From assembly GCA_051294905.1 (NCBI GenBank), contig CM119371.1, positions 13,084,001-13,148,000 on the forward strand: a DNA stretch of 64,000 nt, written 5' to 3'. Of the stretch, positions 37,469 to 50,152 are shown one piece after another. The DNA comes from Botryllus schlosseri (lineage: Eukaryota). The position numbers and the translations under genes are program-made. The first letter of the stretch is position 1. Every line of letters begins with the position of its first letter. The notes beneath the pieces are model-generated. The model was not told where the DNA came from and did not search any database. It worked only from the letters and a program-made list of their open reading frames with translations.

Positions 37469-40400
37469 ATATAGACTATCACTAAGCTATACTCATCACA
37501 TTAATGAATAGACCTACATGGATTTTGTCGGCCCTAACTATTTTGGTGTGCTATGTGGTTGGTTTCGGTCAACACATTCATAGCAAAGTCATTTCTATCA
37601 CCATGCGTAGCACCGTATACTATTATGCCTACATATGTTTCGTATGATGCGATACTACCAATCGAGGTGTACAATCATCTACTGGGAAAATAGCGTCGAA
37701 ATTGTAATTCTCGTTTCCATATTACTTTTTAATGGCAATGAGCGTATATAATTTCAGTAGTTGAAAAAATCATCTTATAGTCAACTTTAATGGTTATATA
37801 TAGTACAATAGATTTAGATTCGAGTACTCGGATCCTTGTGCAACGCTCATCGTAATATGTGCATGTTGTGCAACCACCAATATTATTGACGAAATTTACT
37901 CATGAATTTGAAGTCAAAAATACGTTTTTCACACAACTAGACAACGAATCCCAATTCTATAACAAGAATAGTCGTTTTTTGTTGCATATAGCAAGCCCAT
38001 ATAAATAATTAAATGTTCCGGCGCCCGTAGGAAGGGCGTACCAGACTTGGTTCGTTACGGATCTAATATGCGTGAGTTTTTTGGGATTGTATGCATAAAG
38101 TGGATTGTTAATATGTCCTATCTTAGACGTTTGGTCGAGAACCCTACGAGGGCCTATGACCAAGGTATCGTTTTCGTTCAATGGACTGGCAAAGCATCGG
38201 CTGCCGCAAAATGATTCCCTATTTTATATTCAAGTGTAGATCACATCATATTTATAACGCAGTGCCCCTTTACACATTCAAATTTGGCTGATAGTGTGCG
38301 GGTATTTGCGGCCTCAGTGCCTTGGCTGATATTTCGTGCAGGTTAGTTGATGATACCCAGATGACATGACGCGGGCAACTGGAATTCTGCTTAGCCGCCA
38401 TTATATGGTAGATACAAAAAAGGTATGTCTTAAATACCAGACAGCGTCACAGTCAAATTATTTCATTATTACTGACCCATACATTTTAAGGGGAGATTAG
38501 TGTTAAGAAGTGTACTAGATATATCATCTTAACAATAAATTAGACTTAAATTAAAACATGTAGGCCTAATTAAAAATTATCTGACAGGGGTGATAATATA
38601 GCGACATGCGATCAACTGTAAAACCTTCCAGAACTGAGCTTTTATGGTTACACTGCCACGTTCTAAAATTATGGTCGATATGTAAAAATTAGGAAAGGTT
38701 CAGTTTCTAATTACAGGCTGATTTCCGTCGAATTTTTGCATAATATTGGTACGTTTCGATAGTACTTCTACGTCAAATTAGCTATTAAGATCAAAAGCAA
38801 TAACGGAAAGCAATCATGCGTACGATTGAGGTATGTCGAAATGATGAAAGCAGCATATCATGTTTTCCCGGACAAGTTTTAACCATCCAATCAGCGAATG
38901 TTCGAAAGTCAGTATTAATTCCGTGGTAAGTATTGTGATTATCAGCTGCAGGTATTTTGAAACAGTAAATTTATTTATATATTTATGAAATCTTTTCGGA
39001 GAAAAATTTGCGTTTGTCCAGCTAATGCATAAACCTCGTCTGAAGTTTCAAATACTGTTGTGTTTTTACCCGATTCAAATGTTTAACATATTCCTTGCTT
39101 CAATATAGCACAACTAATGCGATGACAAAACAGTTACACAATATAGTCTACCACGCACGAACGCCAATCGAACGCATAAAAAGAATCTAACTCTGAAATG
39201 ACACTACATCTACGTCCGCTTGATGTAACGTAGAGGTTGCACACAGTCATTGTTTGATTCGATGCTTTAATATTTACAATTCACGCTGTAAAAGCTCCAT
39301 GTCTTTCGGCCGACCATTTTCAGGTCTGTGCTGTCGACAGTCGGTTTCATTAAATATTTAATCCCGCGCTATTGAAGACTTTGTCCTCCCAGCAAAATCA
39401 GCAATTAATATCCTAAATTAACCTTCAACGCTTACCAACATGATAGCGTGGCGACTCTACCCTACGTCCATTGGTGTGGAGCAGGGGTGTTCAAGCTTTT
39501 TACTCGTCAAGACCACATTTCGATCACTAAAATCGCATACGACCGCATTCCAGAGGACAGTCGTAATTCACAACTAGTACGCCAAATACCCATGTTGACT
39601 TGGATTCTAGGGCATTTCGCATCGCGAACTGCCCTTTCGGTGTCTGTACCATCACTGCACTCTTTTAAAATTGAATGGTAATGCACAGTACTAATTGTAC
39701 CAGCAGAACTCTCTATACCATGTACCAGGCGACACAATGCACTTGTGGACAATTTTTGGCCTCGTGATTTGTGAGCATCATCGACAAATTTCCTTAACAA
39801 TATAGGTAGTTACGCAATGTGCATATTACTATCATGTATTCACTTTTTTGTGTCATATGATCAGATTTATCTATAGAGCTGATGAAGGATATTTCTTCGA
39901 AAATTTAGAGCTCTATAATAATGATGATGCATCTTCGGGTAGGTTGGTATTTCTTGACCTGTATAGTCAAATGATATTGCAGTCTCCATAACGTATTAGA
40001 TTAAATTTCGCTCTCTAGTCACACACTATTTCGTATTGGTATTTCTTGGCATTTCTCTTATGGGGTTCGGACTGCAAGAGCACCATTATATTAAAATTGA
40101 GACATAAAGTCGCATTGTATCGCGAGATGCGCAAATAACATTTGGGAGTCAATTTAAATTGCATGTTGACGGCCGCCATTGCACGGTAATGAAATTACAT
40201 GTAAACGACCGCATAATTATTCCTCTACGGCCGTAGGTTGGAGGATGCGTCGTTGAATACGCTGAAGAAATTGTGCACTGGAACGAATCTCTTGTCATTA
40301 CCGTATGTTGTAGGCTGTGTCCATTGCAATAGACACGCTCATAAAACGTATACAGTATGAATTGAGGTATTGACATATTCCAGAATCGATACGATTTGGG

Positions 40401-40512
40401 CATATTGCAAATTAAAATTTTGGACATTTCGAGATCATTTCATAGAGAGACAGTATAGCTTACTCCTGTTAGCGTCATCACACCTTTGACAGTAGATATT
40501 ATGACGTATATG

Positions 40513-41768
40513 CAGAGGTGGTCAAATTAGTCAAGAAAGCTACTCAAGTAGAAGTAGAAGTAGCGACGAAAAACTCTACTCAAGTACGAGTAGAGGTACT
40601 TCTTCAACAAGCAACTTAAAACTGCTTGAAGTAGAAGTAGAATACTCTGACTTTAAATCTACTTAAGTAAGTAAGTAGTTGTGAAAACGATCGTAATTCG
40701 TTCGCATGGATTGTCAAAAGCTATGCGAAAGGTGCCGAGCTTGGATTCAGATTAATGCATACCATGAGGTGTCCAATTTTCGACAGCATAAGCATTCGTC
40801 CGCATCATGGGATGAAAATGAAAGTATTTACATGGAAATGCTATACTAATGCTCTGTGTACTTGAACATCACGTTTTAGAAAATATAATGGTATGGCTCA
40901 CTCCCCCAAATTATAAGGCCCCGTATACTTCAGTCGAAGAGCAATACGGATAAGTTGTATAGGATACGGTGAAACACTTTGAGCGATTAGTAAACGTTAA
41001 AAAAACTGGTGGATCGTAGAAATATCAAATTGCATAGCTTTATATCCGAAAATTAAAGGCATTACCTCACTTGCTTTAATACTTCCACACGAATGTTATC
41101 GAGACAGCTTTTATTCTTCAACATGTATGTTCTCCAGACAATAGAAGTGTTGAGTGTGAAATATATATACTACTTCTAAAACCGGAAAATGTATTTCGTA
41201 TCGTTTCAAGGGTGGTATACTAAAACAGTAAAAAAGTCAGAGTCCAATTTTCCAGATTACGACACGCCATGAACTGCTAGATTACGATATGTTAAGTAAA
41301 TGCTAGATTGCGAAACATGAGTTTCAAACGTTATGATGAGTCATATATACTGTGATGAAATATTTCAAATGGGCGAAGGGCGATAATACGGTGTGAACGA
41401 GACCACGCCAACCCTCCACCTAAAATATATAAATTGTATATTATATACTTTCGTGAAATCATACTGGTTACCCCGTATCCATTGAGTGCGAAGCGCGACG
41501 AAAATTCTGGGCTTTACTCAACTTCTATAACAATTAAAGGTTGATACTCCGTCAAAACAGCCCCGAAATTCCGCAAACTATCTTCCTAATTGGTGGATTA
41601 AACCACTTCTACTTGACAACTGAAAATAGCAAAAAATAAGTAAGTAGATCACAAAATTATGAAGTAGAAGTAAATAAAATCAAATCTACTTGTTTAAGTA
41701 TCAGAAGTAGAGGAAAACTACTTGAGTACTTCAAAAAAGTAGAAGTACTTTGTTACTGACCACCTCTG
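40513..41768. mobile_element. hAT-like non-autonomous element with aagtag subterminal repeats
   Basis: TIR cagaggtggtca...tgaccacctctg; flanks CGTATATG / CGTTTACG (6/8). Confidence 0.8.
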
Positions 41769-42083
41769 CGTTTACGTAAATATGTATCTGCGTCTGCTTC
41801 GGTCTATACAGGCATATATACATTCCAATCGGAATGAAACATATGTGGACCTCAGTCTCCCGATATGCAATGACGAAGGACTTGTAATTCCGGTCGTAAT
41901 TTAGATAATTTTTACAGCTGATTGTACGTATTAATTATAACGAACTTTCGATGATTTACTGAACAAATTATTTACAATTTAAGATAGCGATAACTAGTTT
42001 CGATAATGGCACCCGGAAAAGCATCATTGGAATGTTGGTTAGGTTACATATTTCGCATATACATTTGACGTATATGCTTTCAG

Positions 42084-45000
42084 TATTTGCGTACCTAACG
42101 TATCATTATATCCTAAAAGGTGTGGATTCTATGATTTTGGACAATGCGATACGCCGGAGAGTTTGGACATAGTGAAGAAATCCTGTCAGAATCGACAATC
42201 ATGTAAACTGAAATCAAATGATCAACTGTTTGGTGACGAATGTGCAGTAACCTCAGCGTATTTGGAAGTCACATACGGCTGTGTAGACGATGGTACGTTT
42301 AAATAATACAAGGGCTTATGAATCGATACACTAATAGACCATGATCTGAAAACTCTAGGATTTGTATGCTTTATTATTTCTCAGTGATGCCACCAAAATA
42401 TTAAAATATGTTTCATATCAAAATATTAGAATATATTTTAATATTTTCTAAACCCAGTATTTTTTCTTTTCCCAACCGCGTACCAGTAATTTGTACTTTT
42501 ACTATACTTGTGATCATCTGGAACCTGAATGACTACTTTTACTCGAATTATTCGCCCTGCATTAGTTATTCGCGTTATTACTCTGCGATATCACAAATGA
42601 ATCGCTAGAAAACACAATAGAATTTGGTAGATGCAATTGTCTACTGATCACGGGCTTGTATACATCCGCGGTAGTAGTGGCGAGATAGCGCAGTGGTATA
42701 ATCCGCTGCTGCAACACCAATGGGTGCGGGTTCGAGTCCGACCGAGGTCGACTTCCGAATTCCGGTACCTAAGTGTTGGAGGTTTACCTAGGCTTCTCCT
42801 CGCCACCTTATCCGCGTCGGCGGTGTCTTACAAAAAGCCTAGAGGTGGGCCGTGCTCTATAAGTCGGCAGTTACGGAAAATATGAAGAATATCGGCCTGG
42901 TGTAAATGACCATAGCAGTCGACAAACACCATGAAATACCCCAAAACAAACAAAACAAACATCCGCGGTATATTATTACTCGAAGCATATGTGCAGGCTC
43001 AATTCGACCATTTCGTCTCTTGTACGCCTTATCCATTACGGCCAATAACATTTGCTCACAGTCCTGTGTCGAGGCAGAGATCTGGATGATTCTTTTCCGC
43101 GTAACGTTCCAGTATCTTTGAAATATATCTTGATCATACATTTCCACGATATAGTTGTACTCGCTTTACAAGATTCATAACGATTAAAAATAGAGATTGA
43201 CAGAAAAATATCGGATATTTTCAAATATTAAGATATGACAAAATAATTTGTTTCATGTTCACTATGCAATTTGCAGAAATAAGAACCTCCAGCACTGTTC
43301 AAGATCGTATCACCACCTATACCGACACTTCAGAAACAGCCGATTTTATGATGACACAAACGGGCAAGTATATCAGTTGTTCACTGTTACTTACAAGTAT
43401 GTAATTTATTTTGACGGATCAATTCTGGACAAATTTGGGTTCTCGTCCCAGCAATATATATATATATATATATGTATAATATTTGAAATTTGATATATAA
43501 TTATTGACCAGTGGTTCTTAACCGATGGTCCACGAAGTATTTCCATGGGTCCACGAAACCTTGTTCAAAGTAAGCTATTCTCCTGTGCCCAATATCACTA
43601 TCCCTCACTAGCTGATACGGCTTCGGCGATGGTAATATCAATCCACGGAGAAAGAATTTGCTGATATGAATGGACATATTGCCTTATCGTGCAATGGTTC
43701 ACCATCGCCAGGACCGTGACTCTTAGAAAATGACTTCGGGCTCCCCCAAAGACCAAGATTTACGACGAGATATTTTTCCAGCAAGTAGGCCGACTGTGTC
43801 TTGCTAACCCCAATATCGATTCCTCAGTCCAGGGGTGGCAAATTTGCGCCAGTAGAATGAATATTATGCGGTAGTCGACACTTAATGCGAGTATAGGATG
43901 TGTTGTCAGCCGTCAATATGCAAATTGAAGTTACGAATTGGCTCTTAAGTAATTAGACGTCTGAATTATCGTTGAAATTTTCATCACGCTACGCGCTGAT
44001 CTATGCGAATTGATTTCCGATTTTAACATAGCATGCAGAGTCCTTTGTAATGTAACCCCAGCAGTACATATGCGAACAGCAGAGGAAAATGATGCGCCCC
44101 ATAAGGAAACACCAAATTGTCATCGTGTTCTCCTCATCACGAATTTGTTTCTGGTAGGCCTACGTTTGGGCGAATCCAATCTATTTCAACCATACCGACA
44201 ATCCTAATGGTCAAGAAATACGAGCATGCAACAAAAGGGACTAATGAAAATTGGTCCATCCAAAGATGCCGAACAGCAATAATAACGTCCCTAAATTTTT
44301 GACCACACCCTTGCATCAACTCTACCGCTGAATCTGATCACATGAGCTAAGAAAAGATAAATATTTGATAGTAATATGTGCAACTAACGATGCGCATGCG
44401 CATAGTAAGCCGATTTGAGTGAATAGATTAGCCGGCAATTGACATGAATAGTTTAACGTGGATATTTGGCCTCCAGTTTGTTCATTACGACTATGCACTG
44501 GAATGCGGTCGTAGGCTACATAAGTAGTCGAAATGCTGCCGTGAATAGCAAAATGGATCGCCACCCCTGCTTTTGTTGCTGAAGAGTGTTGTTAGGTATC
44601 GTGCGCAGCTAATAGTGCAAAATAGAATGAAAGTAGTGATGATGATATTTTTTGTTGTGTTTGTATTTCTTTAATAAAATATTATTTCTTTTGTGGTAAC
44701 TATGCTCGTCAGCCCTGTTGTAGAGTACAGCGTTGTACTGACGTAGAATTATCAAAACGTGGTTATTAAACTGCGTTGCCTATTTTTATCTCTATATTCG
44801 AGTCATGCGGCCCGCGGCCTCTACAAATTTTCGAAAACTATCTTGACCCGTTTTTAGCTGGCGACCCTGGCTTTATGGTATATAATAGATAATGATGTAA
44901 CGTAGGTTTGCCGAATTTCGGAAATCAGAAACGAGGACACATTTTCGAAATTTTCAGACTCAGAATACGGAACAAAAATCCGTGTCCGTTGGTTAACTTG

Positions 45001-47177
45001 AAAAAATGTCATCTTTCCGGCTCAGCACCTGAAATACCCACTGTTCTATCAGCTCTTCCGTTGATTGATTAAAAAAAGATCATCTTTCTTGAGTGTTGAT
45101 TTTCTATATCTCCGTCCGATTTTCAGATAGATTTATTCAAAATTTTCTAGAAAGATGAAAACTTCTCAAAAAGTGGACATTTGGGCGTCCTCCGAGGACA
45201 CTTTCGAAAATTCAAAAACTATGACAAATCCTCTTAAAATAGGACGTCCGGGAACCTTAGACATAATGGAATGTTCAAGGTTATGACTGGGAAGGCTTTG
45301 TTATTTTCCACCTTTTAGGGTTATTTTTGTATCCTTCATTAAAGGTGGGCACAGTTTTTACAGTGTTGTTTATAGGCAGCACATCAATTGTTTGGTCGAT
45401 GCAGGTAACGCAACGATTGTAAAAATCGTTTTCATGGTCATACTGGGTCGAATTCCAGGACATTGCTCGGAACGGGAGGATTTCCACCAAGCGATAAGCC
45501 GATATTTTTCACAATTCGAGCGTTGGAATGAAATTGCTGGTTTTGGTCTTCCATTCCATATTCATTGTTTTTTCTGAGTTGCGGAAAAGGGTGGTATTTC
45601 ACAAATAATTGAAGATTTTCAAATTAGCCAGAATACTTTCGGCTGACACTAGTCAGGGGTAGTCGTCAGCAACTAGCAGGGAATTGGAATACGAATATAC
45701 TATTCAATTATATATTGAAGTTCTGTGCCTCCAAGAAGCTCTGAAGATTTTCAGCAAAATTAATTATAATGGTCGTCATTTGCGGAATCATCACTTACAT
45801 ATTTTGAATAACATGTTCCGGCCTACATCGGACACATGAGATGCTTCAGAGAGTATCGGGCTTCACTTGATGAATTCTCCTTTGATTCATTATTTCAGGG
45901 AGAATGACGTCGATATATCTCGATAAAATTAGTACGATGAGCTAATTGTAAATGGGAGGACAAAACTCTAAGAGATGGTAAAGGATCTCGGTACTGAGTT
46001 CGCAATTTCACTTCCCGCAAGCGAGTAATTATTTCAATTTATGCTATAAGACAATGAAACGTGCCATGTCAATGGTGAAGCAAATTTATGTAGAAGCAAT
46101 AGTAACCTGACGTTAAATAAAATGCGAGATGTATGCCTACTAGGGCTGTTAAACAAATATTATTGCAGTAGAAAAATTTCCAATTCCATGATTTTATATT
46201 AAATGATTAAAGAGTTAGTCACCGCAAATACTATTCCATTCTAATCCAAATTTTTCTGCTGCAATAACTTTGCTTCTAGTGGTTGGAATTGAGCCAAATT
46301 TGGTGTGCAACATCTCTACTGACAAATTTTACGGAGTTGAAAGAAAAATTTTAAAATTTAACATTTTTTTTTAGTGATGAATTCAAAGCTTTCTACTGCA
46401 AGAAAATCCCTTCTGCTGGTTGGAATGGAGCCAAAGTTGACGTGCAGCGTTGTTATCACCAACCTAACAATTTTATCATATAGCCAAATTTGCTTTTTAC
46501 AGCCATAATGCCACCTCAATGCGAGGAAATTTATTGCGACCGTAGGTATGGTCTCTGGTCAGAGTAGTTTTCGTTGCTATTCAAGTAGAAGTAGAATTGT
46601 AGGCGGATTAATCCTCGTTTTATGACAATCTCACTCCCAAAAGTGATGCGAGCTTCTCCCCAATCTATTTTCTACTTTTCACATTACAAAGAGCACAAAG
46701 TAAGTTTTGCCTATGAGATTGTTCAACTAGAAAAGAAAGTGGCCCAATAATATAACAACATGAACGAGTAGTGGGAATAAACAACATCTATTTGAGTATT
46801 CTGAAATATTTGGAGTACTTGGCTTTCGCCTTCGCATGCCAATGTTGCTGGAAGTATCGTTTTTTTTTAATAATTAAATAAACATAAAATACACAATAAC
46901 ATGACTGCTATTTTCAGGCTATGTGCACCACGAGTTTATTGTAATGTCCATTGCGTCCTTGATTTTCGTAGTCTTCGGGATCTTGTCAGTCTCTCTCGCT
47001 CCCATGCGTCCCCATCGTGGTCTCTGTTGCCGATTTTTAACAATGCTCACTTTCATTCTGGGCTTTTCAATGCACTACGGCAGTAGTGACATCGACGATG
47101 ACCAGCCGCCCATAGAAACCATGGTAATAACCGGGATTCGATTCCACTTGCATTGGTGCCGTGACTGCTGTGTTTAA
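42084..47177 (+). CDS. Membrane protein B (5' part not found): SUEL/Gal_Lectin domain exon 42084-42292, S/T stalk exon 43277-43363 (or to 43396), TM and tail exon 46918-47177
   Basis: First exon ICVPNVSLYPKRCGFYDFGQCDTPESLDIVKKSCQNRQSCKLKSNDQLFGDECAVTSAYLEVTYGCVDD has the SUEL C-terminal pattern (C-x5-C...FGD-x-C..YLEV-x-Y-x-C). Phase-1 joins lead to EIRTSSTVQDRITTYTDTSETADFMMTQT and then GYVHHEFIVMSIASLIFVVFGILSVSLAPMR...WCRDCCV*. Confidence 0.78.
42679..42960 (+). mobile_element. tRNA-derived SINE (intronic)
   Basis: A box TAGCGCAGTGG (42686-96), B box GGTTCGAGTCC (42729-39), body related to 15196-15380, CAAA-type tail near 42941-42960. Confidence 0.75.
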
Positions 47178-47390
47178 ACAATTGCGCCACTCAATTCCTC
47201 ACTCACGATTTGTGGCAGGAAAACAACTTTGGAAGATAAAGTTCGATATATTAGTCTACATTTGATATTTTTCATAACTGCTATATAATAGGCCTACTTG
47301 GTGGAGTGTCGACACAATGCTACAGTAGCATGGAAACAACATTTGATGCCTTCTGTCTACAGTCAAACGCGGAACCTAATAGAGTTAGAG

Positions 47391-48884
47391 CAGTGGTTCC
47401 CAACGGGGGAGGAATTCCCCCCTTGGTGGGAATTTTGCAATTTTTAGGGAGGAGTTCCACTTTAGAATTGTAACGGATTTCCCAAATTGTTCATGTCCAA
47501 ACTGTCATGTAGTCAACCAGTTATATTCGAACGTATGCTCCTCATGCCTGTTTTTTGTTTGCTGAAAGTATGTTCAAATGCTATTTGAAATCTCTTTTTC
47601 ACATACAAATCCCCCCCTTTTTTAAACTAGTTCAGATTTTCTGCAATTTTGTAAGCCAGCGACGGCCTCTCAATCAAATGTATCCTATGCGAGCAAATGT
47701 CGTGCCGAATCTATCACAACAAGGCCTCTAGTGAAAATATATATTTTATATTTTCAAGTCAACATTTTCAGACAGTGACAAAATATTCCAACGTCATCGA
47801 TTCAAGTCAAAGAGATCGCTAGCCTTGCTTTATTTTTAGTGAACAGCAACCTGATCGAAAAAAAAGACATGTTAAACTCGGTGCAATGTTGCCGAAACGT
47901 AATGGATGTCCTAAATTTCAATGAGCTCCAGCAGGGAATCTGATCACGTGTATACGTTAAGTATCAATGATGTAACCAAGTCCCGAGGCTCCGAGTCACA
48001 AATCAATCTCACTTTCATAATTTTGACTCGAGTCAATTCGAATCACTTTCAATTCACCATTGAGTCAAGTCCGAGTCCAAGTCACCGAGCACAGAGTAAA
48101 GTCCGAGTTATGGTATTATGACTCGAGTCCGAGTCCAAGTCACACTGAAGTCAACACTGTTTGGTGATATTGAATGATTTGGATTTGTGATATACTAATT
48201 TTCCTCACTTTGAGCAGTTTCTTGTCGCATTGTCAAGTACCAAGATCACTAGACGAAATTCCGATAGGGTGGTCGCTTTACTGTTCTTTGAAATTACAAT
48301 GAAATGTCGGTCTTGGCCGTCTTATAGTCTCGAGTCATATGGCTTGGTTCGAGTCATGGACAATGACTCGAGTCCAAGTCGAGTCAAAACCAAGATTGTC
48401 TCGAGTCGAGTCGAGTCGTTTCTGTATTTTGAGAAAATGACTCGAGTCAAGTCGAGTCATCAGAAAATGGTGACTCGAGTCTGGTACGTACCAATCTTAT
48501 TGGACAAATGCATACGCAGGCTTGAGAAAAAAAAATTGTGAGACCAGTAAACTTATGCATACTGATTTTTCACAGCAGTTGTATTAGCGATTGGTGCATG
48601 GTAAGCCGAAAACACAAATGGAAGTGTGGGGGTCAGTCGAGTCAAGCCTTCCAGAATATGTTTGATTGGGACCAAGACCATTGTTTTTAGAGGTCTGCAA
48701 AGTGTTATTACAGCACTGCTAGAAACAAACACTCGGTACAGCCCGTCTTATTCTCTCAGTCAACAGGTGTTTGCGCGGTGAAAATGATCTTTTTTAATCA
48801 TCGGGCAGATTTATCCTAAGGGGGGAATTTTGGCTTGAATTTCGGCCAAGGGAGGCACGAGATGAAAAAGGTTGAGAACCACTG
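47391..48884. mobile_element. hAT (Buster-type) element with a nested GACTCGAGTC-family insertion (about 47975-48480)
   Basis: TIR cagtggttcccaac...gttgagaaccactg; perfect TSD AGTTAGAG at 47383-90 and 48885-92. Confidence 0.9.
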
Positions 48885-50152
48885 AGTTAGAGATTCATTT
48901 TCAGTCATCGAGCGTTTAGGATTTGATTCTCGCAATTGTGACGCAACTTTGAGTTAAGATTAGGTTTGAGGTAAATCGAGTCAGGTTTGGTAGGAAAACT
49001 GCTACCCGCGCCTGCATATAATTATTCTTATTTTTAACATTTACTTTCAGCACACGAAGATCACGATATAAAATTTCAATTATTACAATTTTGTTTAGTA
49101 TGCGTCGTTGAAACGGACGATCACCCCTAACAAAAGGACTGAATCTCCGCAGATTTTTAGCAATTATCATACCGGAAGTGAAGTAGCCTAAGGGGCCCAT
49201 TTCGAAAGTAATAATTGCGATGTGGTCTCAAATTAAAGTTGACAGCGAGAAAAACCTTTTGGCAGCAGCCCTTGTACCACAAAACCCATCGTACTCGAGC
49301 TGCAGCTAAATGATTTCCATAGGTGTTACCATTCCACTCGACCAATCCCTGTGAATTCGAGGCCACACGTCCTCACTTCCTAAAATAATTTCCCCAATCC
49401 AAGCACACATTTCCTCGTTGATGCACTTTCCCGACGCGACCTTCGTCTGGTCCCTTTGCGTTAAGAAAATATTGCTTCCATAATATGCAATAGCTAGAAC
49501 ATACTCTGATTGCATCTTACAACAAATTCACATAGATACATGTGAGATGTTGATATTTACATACGAAAACTGACAAATCCGTGTTATAGGACATATTTTA
49601 ATCGGAATATATGCAATTGCATAATGCAAATAGAAGAGTTGGAACCCAGCTTTGAATAAACGAATTCGTCGGCAAGGGACAACGCTACGCCCATTGGAAT
49701 ATAGATTGGACGGACAATGACGATGCATGTATAATGGATATGACTTGCATTTAAAGAGATTTGAACCAAATATTATTGAAAACCTTGCCGAAATCAATAG
49801 AGGTTATTGTTATTCCTGTTGCAAACGGCACCTACTATCCGACGCTCCGACATGCAGCAAAATGCAACAAATAAGGCAAACCCGTGGATTTCGTCACATA
49901 ATGTATTTGTACGATTCAACGAATCGATGATATCTGGATAAGCCTATGTATATATTCCGTTTCAACGTTAGGAGGATATTAAAACATTGTTCGTAAATAA
50001 TTGCTGCCTAAAATTATCATACTATTAGCCGCATTGGAGAAATAATTTGTGGAAAACATGCTATGCGAGTGTTATCCGATCTCAGTTTGATGCATTGGGA
50101 GTTTTAGAGTATGATTAGAATTCTCGGAACAATCATAAATTTGATTTCAAAG

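Noticed and set aside
37957..38187. Minus-strand ORF with NNPLY (NPxY) after a possible acceptor
   Set aside because: No TM exon was found upstream on that strand and it does not align to the family tail.
40221..40360. YGRR..SLNTLKKLCTG as the missing first half of the SUEL domain
   Set aside because: Stops lie immediately upstream, there is no suitable phase-2 donor, and the Cys pattern is incomplete; may be chance.
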